From assembly GCF_963921235.1 (NCBI RefSeq), contig NC_086097.1:52764001-52828000 (forward strand): a stretch of DNA of 64,000 nucleotides. The letters are read 5' to 3'. The stretch's first letter is position 1. Each line of letters opens with the position of its first letter. Below the pieces are notes generated by a model. It was not told the DNA's origin. It did not search any database and saw nothing but the letters and a program-made list of their open reading frames with translations. Origin of the DNA: Mobula hypostoma (taxonomy: Eukaryota). Below, in pieces: positions 1-12,240 of this stretch. The position numbers and the translations under genes were made by a program.

Positions 1-1416
1 TCTGTACCCTTTCAAACTTGTTTACATCTTTTCTGTAGGAGGGTAACCAAATCTGCACACAGTACTCCAACATCTTATACAACTTCAACATATCACCCCA
101 TCTCCTGTACTCAATACATTTATTTATGAAGGCCAATGTGCCAAAAGCTTTTTTATGACCCTGTCTACCTGTGACGCCACTTTCAATGAATTACGTACAT
201 GTTTTCCCAGATCCCTTTGTTCTACCACACTCCTCAGTGCCCTACCATTCACTGTGTAGGACCTGGCTTGTTGGTTCTAGCAAGGTGCAACACCTCGCAC
301 TTGTCTGCATTAAATTCCATCTGCCAGTTTTCCGCCCATTTTTCCAGCTGATGCAGATCCCTCTGCAAACCACGATAGCCTTCCTCACTATCCACTACAC
401 CCCCAATCTTGGTGCCATCCGCAAATTTGCTGATCCAGTTAACCCCATTATCATCCAGGTATTGATATAGATGACAAACGACAAAGCACTGATTCCTGTG
501 GCACACCACTAGTCACAGGCCTCTGGTCAGAGAGGCAACCCTCTACTACCACTCTCTGGCTTGTCCAACAAAACAAATGTCTAATCCAATTTACTACTTC
601 ATCCTAAAAGTCGAGCAACCATCTTGACCAGCCTACCACATGGGACCTTTTCAAATGATTGCTGAAGTCCATGACGACACCATCCACTTCATCTCCTTTC
701 CTGGTAACTTCCTCAAAGAACTCTAGAAGATTGGTTAGACATGGTCTACCAAGCACAAAGCCATGCTGACTATCCTTAATCAGTCCATGTTTATCCAAAT
801 ACTTGATATCCTGTCGCTAAGAATATATTCCAATAATTTTCCCACAACTGATGTCAAACTCACTGGCCTATAGCTTCCAGGTTTCTGTTTTAGGTCTTTT
901 TTTAACAGCAGATCAACATTGGTCATACCCCAATCCTCTGGTACTTCTCCTATCACTAAGGATGATTTAAATATCTCTGCTAAGGATCCAGCAATTTCTG
1001 CACTTGCCTCCCGTAGGGTCTGAAGGAAACTTTGCCAGACCCTGGGAATTTATCTGCCCTGATTTGCCTCAGGGTAGTAAGCACCTCCTCCTCTATAGTC
1101 TGTACAGGGTAGATGAAATTGATGCTTTGCCTCATTTCTATAGACTCTGAGTCCAATTCCTAAGTAAATACAGATACAAAGAATTCAATTAAGATCTCCC
1201 CCATCTGTTTTGGTTCCACACATCGATTACCATTCTGGTCTTCCAGAGGACTAATTATGTCCCTTGAATACTTTTGCACTGAACATATCTGTAGAATCCA
1301 TTAGGATTCTCCTTCATCTTCTCTGCTAGAGTGACTTCATGCTTTATTTTAGCCTTCCTGATTTCTTTCTTAAGAGTTCTCTTGTATTTCTTTTAATCCA
1401 TAAGCACCTGATTTGC

Positions 1417-1510
1417 AACACACATCAAAGTTGCTGGTGAACGCAGCAGGCCAAGCAGCATCTATAGGAAGAGGCGCAGTCGACGTTTCAGGCCGAGACC
1501 CTTCGTCAGG
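1417..1510 (-). mobile_element. 94-bp Penelope-derived mini-insert with hammerhead motif, nested in CR1
   Basis: 11-bp TSD acctgatttgc at 1406-1416 and 1511-1521; homologous to the terminus of the PLE at 9672-10897. Confidence 0.85.
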
Positions 1511-1513
1511 ACC
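1478..1513 (-). ncRNA. minimal type-I hammerhead ribozyme motif with intact core
   Basis: Minus strand GTC-CTGACGA-AGG GTCTCGG CCT-GAAAC-GTC/GAC: helix I GUC/GAC, helix II AGG/CCU, predicted cleavage between 1482 and 1481. Confidence 0.75.
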
Positions 1514-2545
1514 TGATTTGCTCTAGCTTCCCTATACCTGCCATGCACCTCCTTTTCTCTCTTAACTAGGGCCTCAATATCTTTTGAAAACCAAGGTTCC
1601 TGACACTTGTTATCTTTACTTTTTATTCTGACAGGCACACGCAATCTTTGTTTTTGAAGACCTCCCACTTACCAAGTACGCCTTTGCCAGAAAGCATACT
1701 TCTACATACTGACGAAGGAAACTTTCCTGAACACATTTGACAAACTCTATCCCTTCTAGCCCTGTGACAGTATGGGATTCCCAGTCAACATGTGGAAAGT
1801 TCAAATCCCCTTCTACGACAACCTTATGAATCTTGCAGCAGTCTGAGGTCTCTTTACAAATTTGTGCCTCTAAATCCCTCGGACTGTTGGGTGGCCTGTA
1901 ATATAGCCCCATTAACGTAGTCATACCTTTCTTATGTCTCAGTTCCACCCATGATGCCTCAGGAGTTGAGTTTTCCAGCCTGTCCTCACTGAGCACTTCC
2001 ATGACCTTTTCCCCGACTTGTAGCGCCACTCTTTTTTTCCTTCAATCCCTCCCACTGTGTCACCAGTAAAACAACGGAACCCTGGAATATTGAGTTGCCA
2101 GTCCTGATCCTCCTGCAACCAGGTCTCACTAATGGCTGCAATGTCACAATTCCAGGTGTTGATCCATGGCCCGAGCTCATCCGCCTTTTGTCCAATATTT
2201 CTTGCATTGCTCAGGACACTAGTTGCACCCTTGCTCAACCTTTTGATTCCTGACTTGGTCTGAGGTTTTACCAACATCTGTCTCCACAAGTTCTCCACTA
2301 ACTGTTCTGGCACCCTGGTTACCATCCCCCTGCAACCCTAATTTAATTTACTAATAAGTACTGTAGATTTTGTAATGAATTGAAATGCATTTTTGTACTG
2401 GTGCTGATAGCAACTTTCAGAAGGGTCTCAGATGAATACCTGAAAGGGATAAAAGTACTAGTAATACAGCTGAGGGACTAAATGAATTGACTTTTAGAGA
2501 GCTGACATGAGGAGTCCAAATAATCTTATTCTGTGCTATACAAAA

Positions 2546-5500
2546 AGGACTGGTTGCACTTGAATCCCAGGGGGACCAATATCCTGGCGGGGAGATTTGC
2601 GAAGGCTACTGGGGAGACTTTAAACTAGAATGGCTGGGGGGTGGGAATCAAATTGAAGAGACTAGGAGAGAGGAGGTTAGTTCACAAATAGAGAAAGCTA
2701 GTAGAGAGCGTATGAGGGAGGATAGGCAGGGGACAGAGAACAGGAGCACTCAGACCGAAGATGTAGGGGAGAAGGAAGAAAAAGATAACAAAGTTGTTTG
2801 CACCATTAGGGATAAACAGAGAGTAAGAGGTGGAGAGTTTCTAAAATGCATTTATTTTAATGCTAGGAGCATTGTAAGAAAGGTGGATGAGCTTAGAGCA
2901 TGGATTGATACCTGGAAATATGATGTTGTAGCTATTAGTGAAACATGGTTGCAGGAGGGGTGTGATTGGCAACTAAATATTCCTGGATTTCGTTGCTTCA
3001 GGTGGGATAGAATCAGAGGGGCAAGAGGGGGAGGTGTTGCATTGCTTTTCAGAGAAAATATTACAGCGGTGCTTTGGCAGTATAGATTGGAGGACTCGTC
3101 TAGGGAGGCTATTTGGGTGGAATTGAGGAATGGGAAAGGTGTAGTAATGCTTAGAGAGGTGTGTTATAGACCACCTAATGGGGAGCGAGAATTGGAGGAG
3201 AAAATTTGTAAGGAGATTGCAGATATTTGTAGTAAGCACAAGTTTGTGATTGTGGGAGATTTTAATTTTCCACACATAGACTGGGAAGCCCATTCCGTAA
3301 AAGGGCTGGATGGTTTGGAGTTTGTAAAATGTGTGCAAGATAGTTTTTTTGCAGCAATACATAGAGGTACCAACTAGAGAAGGGGCAGTTTTGGATCTCC
3401 TGTAGGGAATGAGACAGGTCAGGTGACAGAGGTATGTGTTGGGGAGCACTTTGGGTCCAGTGATCACAAAGCCATTAGTTTCAATATAATTATGCAGAAG
3501 GATAGGACTGGACCCAGGGTTGAGATTTTTGATTGGAGAAAGGCTAACTTTGAGGAGATGTGAAAAGATTTAGGAGGAGTGGATTGGGACAATTTGTTTT
3601 ATGGGAAGGATGTAATAGAGAAATGGAGGTCATTTATAGATGAAATTTTGAGGGTACAGAATCTTTATGTTCCTGTTAGGTTGAAAGGAAAGATTAAAAG
3701 TTTGAGAGAGCCGTGGTTTTCAAGGGATATTAAAAACTTGGTTCAAAAAAAGAGAGAGATCTACAATAAATATAGGCAGCTTGGAGTAAATGAGGTGCTC
3801 GAGGAACATAAAAAATGGAAAAAGAATCTTAAGAAAGAAATTAGAAAAGCTAAAAGAAGATACGAGGCTGCTTTGGCAAGTAAGATAAAAATAAATCCAA
3901 AGAATTTCTACAGTTATATTAATAGCAAAAGGATAGTGAGGGATAAAATTGGTCCCTTAGAGAATCAGAGTGGACAGCTATGTGCAGAGCCAAAAGAGAT
4001 GAGGGAGATTTTGAACAATTTCTTTTCTTCGGTATTCACTAAGGAGAAGGATATTGAATTGTGTAAGGTAAGGGATACAAGTAGGGTAGTTATGGAAACT
4101 ATGACGATTAAAGAAGAGGAAGTACTGGAACTTTTAAGGAATATAAAAGTGGATAAGTCTCTGGGTCCTGACAGGATATTCCCTAGGACCTTGAGGGAAG
4201 TTAGTGTGGAAATAGCAGGGGCTCTGACAGAAATATTTCAAATGTCATTAGAAACAGGGATGGTGCCGGAGGATTGGCGTATAGCTCATGTTATTCCATT
4301 GTTTAAAAAGGGTTCTAAGAGTAAACCTAGCAATTATCGGCCTGTGAGTTTGACGTCAGTGGTGGGCAAATTGATGGAAAGTAATCTTAGAGATGGTATA
4401 TATAATTATCTGGATTGAAAGGGTCTGATTAGGAACAGTCAACATGGATTTGTGCGTGGAAAGTCATGTTTGACAAATCTTATTGAATTTTTTGAAGAGG
4501 TTACCAGGAAAGGTGATGTGGGTAAAGCAGTGGATGTTGTCTATGTGGACTTCAGTAAGGCCTTTGACAACTTTCCACACAGAAGGTTAGTTAGAAAGGT
4601 TCAATCGTTAGGTATTAATATTGAAGTAGTAAAATGGATTCAGCAGTGGCTGGATGGGAGATGCCAGAGAGTAATGGTGGATAACGTTTGTCAGATTGGA
4701 GGCCGGTGACTAGTGGTGTGCCTCAGGGATCTGTACTGCGTCCAATGTTGTTTGTCATATATATTAATGATCTGGATGATGGGGTGGTAAATTCGATTAG
4801 TAAGTATGCAGATGATACTAAGATAGGTGGAGTTGTGGATAATGAAGTAGGTTTTCAAAGCTTGCAGAGAGATTTAGGCCAGTCAGAAGAGTGGGTTGAA
4901 AGATGGCAGATGGAATTTAATGCTGATAAATGTGAGGTGCTACATTTTGGTAGGACTAATCAAAATAGGACATACATGGTAAATAGTAGGGCATTGAAGA
5001 ATGCAGTAGAACAAAGGGATCTAGGAATAATGATCCATAGTTCCCTGAAGGTGGAATCTCATACAGATAGGGTGGTGAAGAAAGCTTTTGGTATGCTGGC
5101 CTTTATAAATCAGAGCATTGAGTATAGGAGTTGGGATGTAATGTTGAAATTGTACAAGGGATTGGTAAGGCCAAATTTGGAGTATTGTGTACAGTTCTGG
5201 TCACCAAATTATAGGAAAGATGTCAACAAAATAGAGAGAGTACAGAGAAGATTTACTGGAATGTTACCTGGGTTTCACCTAAGTTACAGAGAAAGGTTGA
5301 ACAAGTTGGGTCTTTATTCTTTGGAGCGTAGAAGGTTGAGGGGGGATTTGATAGAGGTATTTAAAATTATGAGGGGGATAGATAGAGTTGACGTGGATAG
5401 GCTTTTTCCATTGAGACTAGGGGAGATTCAAACAAGAGGACATGAGTTGAGAGTTAAGGGACAAAAGTTTAGGGGTAACATGAGGGGGAACTTCTTTACT

Positions 5501-5726
5501 CAGAGAGTGGTAGCTGTGTGGAATGAGCTTCCAGCAGAAGTGGTTGAGGCAGGTTCGATGCTGTCATTTAAAGTTAAATTGGACAGCTATATGGACAGGA
5601 AAGGAATGGAGGGTTATGGGCTGAGTGCAGGTCGGTGGGACTAGGTGAGAGTAAGAGTTCGGCACAGATTAGAAGGGCCGAGATGGCCTGTTTCTATGCT
5701 GTAATTGTTATATGGTTATATGGTTA
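2546..5726 (+). mobile_element. CR1-clade LINE with near-complete but frameshifted ORF2 (APE+RT) and 3' tail
   Basis: ORFs 2712-3377, 3579-4418, 4452-4709, 4688-5644 (GVPQGSVL, YADDTK); 3' UTR ends in (ttatatgg)n. Confidence 0.95.
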
Positions 5727-6414
5727 AATATGATTTATATCAACTTCTACTGTATATATAAAGAAGAAAATGGATTAAATAATTTCTTACAAATAAGAGA
5801 GCTATGGTGTAAAAACAAATTATAGGATAACTGCCATTATTGTTCTATTGTTATAGAAGCTTATACTGTTGGAAATTATATCAGAATTTCATAATCACTC
5901 ACCCTGTGAATCATAAATTGTGTAATTTGTTTTAAGTATACCAATTATGAGCTGTTATTAGTAACTATATAGACTAGACTTTCAGCTTCCCCTCCATTCT
6001 ATGGCTGTATCCTTCTGAGGAGTTATCTAATCCGTCCAAAAGTAAAATGTTCAACAATTTTTCTCGGAAATGAAAAAAAATTATCAACAGGAAGAAGTTT
6101 GGTTCATTGCCACAGTTAGCAATTTTGTCCGTTGAAAATTTATTTATAGATTCCTTCTTAATGGATTGATATTAGGCACATTCTGTCATTAGTTTAACTA
6201 TTTGTTAACATAATAGTTGTAGCTGCAGTTGTAGAGAAAACATGCTTACAAATTGAATTGAAAATAAGTTTCTAAGGAATTCTGCACCTACACCATCTCA
6301 GTGCAAGCTGTGTGTGGTGCATGACATAGTGAAAACGGTACAACTACTAGATCAAGAAACAAATCCACAGCATATGTGAACAGAGGTAGGTTAACACACC
6401 AACTATAATTTAAA

Positions 6415-6507
6415 CAATACACACAAAATGCTGGAAGAACTCAGCAGGCCAGGCAGCATTCAAGGAAAAAAGAACAGTCGACGTTTCGGCCGAATCCCTT
6501 TGGCAGG
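6415..6507 (-). mobile_element. 93-bp Penelope-derived mini-insert with mutated hammerhead core
   Basis: 13-bp TSD act(a/g)taatttaaa at 6402-6414 and 6508-6520; core reads CTGCCAA instead of CTGANGA. Confidence 0.8.
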
Positions 6508-7176
6508 ACTGTAATTTAAAATCAGAAATGCAGAAAATAATAATGAATGGTTTTTAAATAGGATTAAAGGAATCAGAAGACAAAGATAAAGACAGAATTA
6601 ACTTTTCAGTCACTTAGCAGAACAACAGGAGCAGTGACCAGATTGCAGAAATTAATTTGACATAAAACAACACTTAACTTATTTACTGCCTGTTACACCA
6701 GTGGCGTTTTGGGCAAGAATGAAAATTCTCCATCTCAACATAGAGCAAGACTTAACTACTTACTGCCCATTACACCACTGGAGATGGGGCTGTAATGAAG
6801 GTCCTCAGTCTCAACATAAAACAAGATGAGAAACATAACTCATTTAAAAAGGAAGTAGAAGACGAGAGATCCAAACAAGTTCCTGAAATGTGTGGTTTGG
6901 CTTGGGCTGGAGGTAATACTATAGAAACATTCTTTAAGCTGGTTTCAAACTGCCTTGAACTCTCTACGCTTGAATTGTGAGTGGTCACTTGCTGCCTGAA
7001 TTCATGGTGATACTGACTGATTTTTAAGGGAATAATACGATAAGGGGCCCAGATGAGAGTGAAGTTGAGATCAAGGAGTGGTTATGACATTGAGCTGGGG
7101 AGCATGAAACAACATTAGGGGCTGAAATGTCCCACACCTGCTCCCGTACTTGATTTTCTTCTTCTCCTTTTTGCAT

Positions 7177-7961
7177 GGTGGTATGGACAGGGGAGATGAT
7201 GGTGGTATGGACAGGGGAGATGAAGGTGGTATGGACAGGGGAGATGATGTGGTATGGACAGGGGAGATGATGGTGGTATGGACAAGGCAGATGATGGTGG
7301 TATGGACAGGGGAGATGATGGTGGTATGGACAAGGCAGATGATGGTGGTATGGACAGGGGAGATGAAGGTGGTATGGACAGGGGAGATGATGGTGGTATG
7401 GACAGGGCAGATGATGTGGTATGGACAGGGGAGATGATGGTGGTATGGACAAGGCAGATGGTGGTATGGACAGGGCAGATGATGGTGGTATGGACAGGGG
7501 AGATGGTGGTATGGACAGGGGAGATGATGGTGGTATGGACAAGGCAGATGATGGTGGTATGGACAGGGGAGCTGATGGTGGTATGGACAGGGGAGGTGAT
7601 GGTGGTATGGACAGGGGAGATGATGGTGGTATGGACAGGGGAGATGATGGTGGTATGGACAAGGCAGATGATGGTGGTATGGACAGGGGAGATGATGGTG
7701 GTATGGACAGGGGAGATGATGGTGGTATGGACAGGGCAGATGATGTGGTATGGACAGGGGAGATGATGGTGGTATGGACAAGGCAGATGATGGTGGTATG
7801 GACAGGGGAGATGATGGTGGTATGGACAAGGCAGATGATGGTGGTATGGACAGGGGAGATGAAGGTGGTATGGACAGGGAGATGATGGCGGTATGAACAG
7901 GGCAGATGATGGTGGTATGGACAGGGGAGATGATGGTGGTAGGGACAAGGCAGATGATGGT
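7177..7961. repeat. 24-bp G-rich minisatellite (GGTGGTATGGACAGGGGAGATGAT), about 33 units
   Basis: Visible tandem array with variant units (aaggcag, agggcag, gatgaa, shortened units). Confidence 0.97.
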
Positions 7962-8779
7962 AGACTTCTGGGCAGACAAAACACCATGGAATTCTGTGGC
8001 TCCTGTTGGCAAGATTTTTGTGAGGACCTGACTATGATGAACTTTCTTGTGGAGTATTTAACTCCGATAAGATTAATTTGCCCGTGGCAGCATTTCTATT
8101 GCCATCACCATTTTTGGCCCAGGCTGATGAAAGTTACACTCGGTTTGGCATGGGTCAGTCCAGGATTTTTGAGTGTTGTATCTCCAATGCTATCAGGTTT
8201 ACAATTACTGAAATGTGTAGAAAAATGTTTTTTTTTCAGCAGCTGTACCATGGAAGACCTAAAAACTACTGTAAATTACAACAATAAATTTCAAATGTGC
8301 CTTTGGTGCTGTTACCTGTAAGGTTATCATTGCACCTGTGAATAGACATAGTTATATATAAGGCAATGTGATAACAAACTTGAATGATTAGATTTTTCTA
8401 CACGAAAATACTGAGATTCATTTCACCATAATATCTGGGAGATCCACCAACTAATCATTTGAAATAAAAGTTTATTTATTCAACTAGTAGTTGAATAAGT
8501 TCTTAGTTGCTCCAGCATGTTATGCGTGTGTTGTTCAAGATTTCCAGCATCGACAGAATCTCTTGTGTTTATAATATTTCAACCCCAGATTGTTGCTTGA
8601 CAGGAACTACCACTGTGTCTCAAGGGAATTCGAAAGGATCCACATATATTTGAAGACCAAGGTTCCATAAAACAAAGGGCAGGACCTGAAGAGCGGATGG
8701 CAGGAGAAAGAGCCAACTGACTGTTTAAACAATGTCAAGACCACCTGCAATGTAACCATCTAGTGACCCTTCCCACCAA

Positions 8780-9335
8780 GATCCAAGATCAGAAGAAAGC
8801 TCTCAAGCGCAGATGGTAGTGGAGGATCACAGGAAGAAGCACATTGCACATTCTCATCAACGAAATTATCTCTGATGCATGTTTTCTTAGATCCATCCCT
8901 TAGCAAACTATTAACAATATCTCAGCCTGCAAGAGGTTGAGATAATGTTCTGAAAGCTCAAAATATCGAGGTCACTGGGGTAGACTAAATCTCCAAAGAG
9001 CTATTCAAACATGGCAGGAAAGTATATCTGGTGCAAGCTTATAGCCTCATGTCCCTCATCTGAGAGGCTTGGAGCACAACAGGGGATTTTGGAGACTATA
9101 ATAGTGACCAACCTCAAAAATGGAAATAAGACTAGTTGTCCGCAAAAGGGAAGACTAGCTCAAGGCTTCTCCTACGCTAATGACTACCACTGATATGAAG
9201 AATTGCTCCCAGATCTGCACTGCCAACTCTTCCCAAGAGGAGACACAAGAGATATGATATTCAGCACACAGCATACCAAAGAAAATACAGTGAGCAGTGT
9301 CAACCACTGTACATGGCATTTCTTAACTTCATTGG
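8780..9335 (+). mobile_element. highly degenerate RTE-like LINE remnant
   Basis: Relic of a DMIF...EQCQPLYMAFL-like RT motif near 9250-9335. Confidence 0.4.
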
Positions 9336-9479
9336 CCCCCTCAGAAATTCATTACCATTCTGAGTTTGCTGCATGATGCCAGGCAAGACATGGTTCCTCC
9401 ACAGATACAATCAGTCTGCAGATAGGGGTGGAACAGTCCATATCATCAATCCAAACCTTTGCTTCTTCTTCCTTAGTGC

Positions 9480-9670
9480 AATATTACACTTCACCTCCAA
9501 CAAGCTTCCTGCTGGAGTGGACTCGGATAAGGCAAAGGGAAGAGGTGTGTGTGACATGGCAGTTCTGTTGAACTCGTGCTCCCCTGACATGGAACACCTA
9601 ACAGTCAAAATGCTGTCCATTCTATCTTCCTCGGGAGTTCTCCTGTGTAATCCTGGCTGCAGTGTATATA
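9480..9670 (+). mobile_element. Rex1/Babar LINE endonuclease fragment
   Basis: Frameshifted CSPDMEHLTVK..PFYLPREFSCVILAAVY motif. Confidence 0.6.
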
Positions 9671-9671
9671 C

Positions 9672-10897
9672 AGACAAGGAAAGATCTGCAGGTGCTGGAA
9701 ATCAAAGCAACCCACACAAAATGCTGGAGGAACTCAGCAGGCCAGGCAGAATCTATTGGAAAAAAGAACAGTCAACATTTCAGGCCGAGGCCCTTCAGCA
9801 GGACTGGAGAAAAAAAAGGTGAAGAGTAGATTTAAAAAGTGAGGGGAGGGGCAAGAGAAACACAAGGTGAGAGGTGAAATCTGGAGGGGAAAGGATGAAG
9901 TAAAGGGCTGAGAAGTTGATTGGTGAAAGAGATACAGGGTTGGAGAAGGGGGGGTCTGACAGGAGAGATCAGAAGAAAGAAAAGATGGGAGGAGAACAAG
10001 CGGGAGTCAACGGGCAGGCAAGGAGATAGGTTGAGAGAGGGAAACAGGAATGGGGAATGGTGAAGAGGTTGAGGGGTTAATTACCAGGAATTCGAGAAAT
10101 CGATGTTCATGCTATCAAGTCTCCTAACCTACGCTGGGTCTCACCGATATACAGGAGGCCACACCGGGAGAACCAGATACAGTAGATGACCCCAACAGAC
10201 TCTCAGGTGGTGTCACCTCACCTAAAGGGGCTGTTTGGGGCCCTGAATGGTAGTGAGGGATGAGCTGTAGCGGCGGGTATAGCACTAGTTCCTGTTGCAA
10301 GGATAACTGCCAGGAGGGACGGACGGACTAGGGAGTCACATAAGGAGCAATCCCTGTGGAAAGCATAAAGTGTCGGGGGAGGGAAAGATGTGCTTGGTGG
10401 TGAGATCCCGTTGGAGATGGCGCAAGTTGTGGAGAATTATGTGCGGGACACGGAGAATGGTGGGGCGGTAGGTGAGGACAAAAGGAATCCTGTCCCTGGT
10501 GGGGTGGCAGGAGGATGGGGTAAGAGCAGACATGTGTGAAATGGAAGAGATGCAATTGAGGGCAGTGTTGATGGTGGTGGAAGGGAAGCCCCTTTCTCTG
10601 AAAAAGGAGGACATCTCCTTCATTCTGGAATGTAAAGCCTCATCCTGAGAGCAGATGTGGCAAAGACGGAGGAACTGAGAGAAGGGGATGGCATTTTTAC
10701 AAGTAAAAGGGTGGGAAGAGGCATAGTCCAGGTAGCCATGAGAGTCTGTGGGTTTAAAATAGACATCAGGAGATAAACTGCCTCCAGAGAGAGAGACAGT
10801 GAGATCGAGAAAGGGGAGGGAGGTGTCAGAAATAGACCAGGTAAATTTGAGGGCAGGGTGGAAGTTGGAGGCAAAGTTGATGAAGTCGACAAGCTCT
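9672..10897 (-). mobile_element. 5'-truncated Penelope-like element (RT C-terminus, GIY-YIG endonuclease, 3' terminus with degenerate hammerhead)
   Basis: ORF 10336-10905 (FHPALKFT..LPFLD..VYFKPTDSHGYL..SSHP..IPFSQFLRL); VIYCIWFSRCGLLYIGET at about 10135-10190; CTGCTGA..GAAATGTT at about 9770-9805. Confidence 0.9.
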
Positions 10898-11187
10898 GCT
10901 AACACGAGAGGGCACCATTTTAAGGTGCTTAGAAGTAGGTACAGAGGAGATGTCAGGGGTAAGTTTTTTATGCAGAGAGTGGTGAGTGCTTGGAATGGGC
11001 TGCTAGCGGTGGTGGTGGAGGTGGATACGATAGGGTCTTTTAAGAGACTCCTGGACAGGTATATGGAGCTCAGAAAAATAGAGGGCTATGGGTAACCCTC
11101 AGTAGTTTTTAAGGTAAGGACATGCTCAGCACAGCTTTGTGGGCCGAAGAGCCTGTATTGTGCTGTAGGTTTTCTATGTTTCTATGT
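10898..11187 (+). mobile_element. CR1 3'-end fragment
   Basis: TRGHHFKV..FFMQRVVSAWNGL; ends in (tttctatg)n. Confidence 0.85.
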
Positions 11188-11654
11188 ATAGGGAATAAGA
11201 CTCCATAGTGAAAATATGATGATGGGGACTAGAGAATTTGAAATTGTTGAAAAGATCCAGAGTGTGTGAAGTGTCATGGATGTGCTTTGTTAGGTTGCCA
11301 GTTCTGTATGAATGTCACAATATAATTTCACGTCCTTCCACAGTCCCACCTTTCATTCCCACTGAAGTTTATTCCTTGATTCTTTCAAATGTAATTGCTC
11401 TAACTTCACCAGTATTGCATCCAGTACTAAGGTCCTTTCTCTCGGAATTTCTTAGCCTCTCTTCTGAATTCTCTGTCCTTTTAGGTGTTCATTAAAAATA
11501 CTCTACGTTGTTTTAAAAACTGGAGAAAATGCTGTTGTAGAAGGGCCGGTAGTGTCTGTGGTAAGAGGAAGAGTTCCAATGACTGCATCTTGACACAATT
11601 TGACAGCTGCTTTTCTCCCCACAGATGCAAATTACCTAACTTCCTCTTTGTTAT

Positions 11655-12240
11655 AAAATCACAGAAGCAGGTCCTTTGGCCCATCTAGTCCATGCTGGAA
11701 AAATGTAAAGAGTCAACGTTTTGGACTGAGACCCTTCTTCAGGACGTCCTGAAGAAGGGATTCAGGCCAAAACATCCATGGTTTACTCTTTTCCATAGAT
11801 GTTGCCTGGCCTGCGGAGTTCCTCCAGTATTTTGTGTGCGTTGCTCAGGATTTCCAGCAGCTGCAGATTTTCTCATGTTTGCGCTAGTCCATACTGGTTT
11901 TCCAACTACCTGCACCTGGTCTGTAGCCCTCCATTCCTCTGAAACATACCTATCCATTCTTCTCTTAAATGCTACAATTGAGCAAGCCTCCACCAATTCC
12001 ACTGACAGCTGGTTCCACAATCTCGTCACCCTCCGAATGAACGAAGATTCCTCTTAAATATTTCACCTTTTACCCTAAACCTTAGCTTGCATGCATTCAT
12101 AATCTATACCTTCATAATTTTGTGCAGCTCTATAAGATCTCCCCCTCATTCTCCTGTGTCCCAAGGAATAAGGTCAACCTATCCCTGTAACTCAGGTTCT
12201 CAAGTCCTGGCAACATCAGTGTAATTTTCTCTGTGTTTTC
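11655..12240 (-). mobile_element. CR1 3' fragment interrupted by an inverted PLE mini-insert (11699-11883)
   Basis: RLWNQLSVELVEACSIVAFKRRMDRY; insert flanked by TSD ctagtccat(g/a)ctgg. Confidence 0.75.

Larger units (their letters stand above)
1..2345 (-). mobile_element. degenerate CR1-clade LINE (APE and RT fragments, internal deletions)
   Basis: Fragments AISETWLQE, YYRPPNS, GDLNFPHVDW, QHGF..CLTNLLEFFEEVT, SKFADGTKIGGVVD. Confidence 0.9.

Noticed and set aside
2712..5644. Active autonomous LINE or domesticated RT gene
   Set aside because: Several frameshifts and stops, and most of ORF1 is absent
7177..7961. CRISPR array
   Set aside because: Head-to-tail repeats with no unique spacers, no cas genes and a eukaryotic context
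7024..8321. Long overlapping ORFs (PPSSPLSI, HHHLPCPY and GGMDRGDD repeats) as a His/Pro-rich protein gene
   Set aside because: They are by-products of the 24-bp minisatellite; short units shift the frame and there is no splice or homology support
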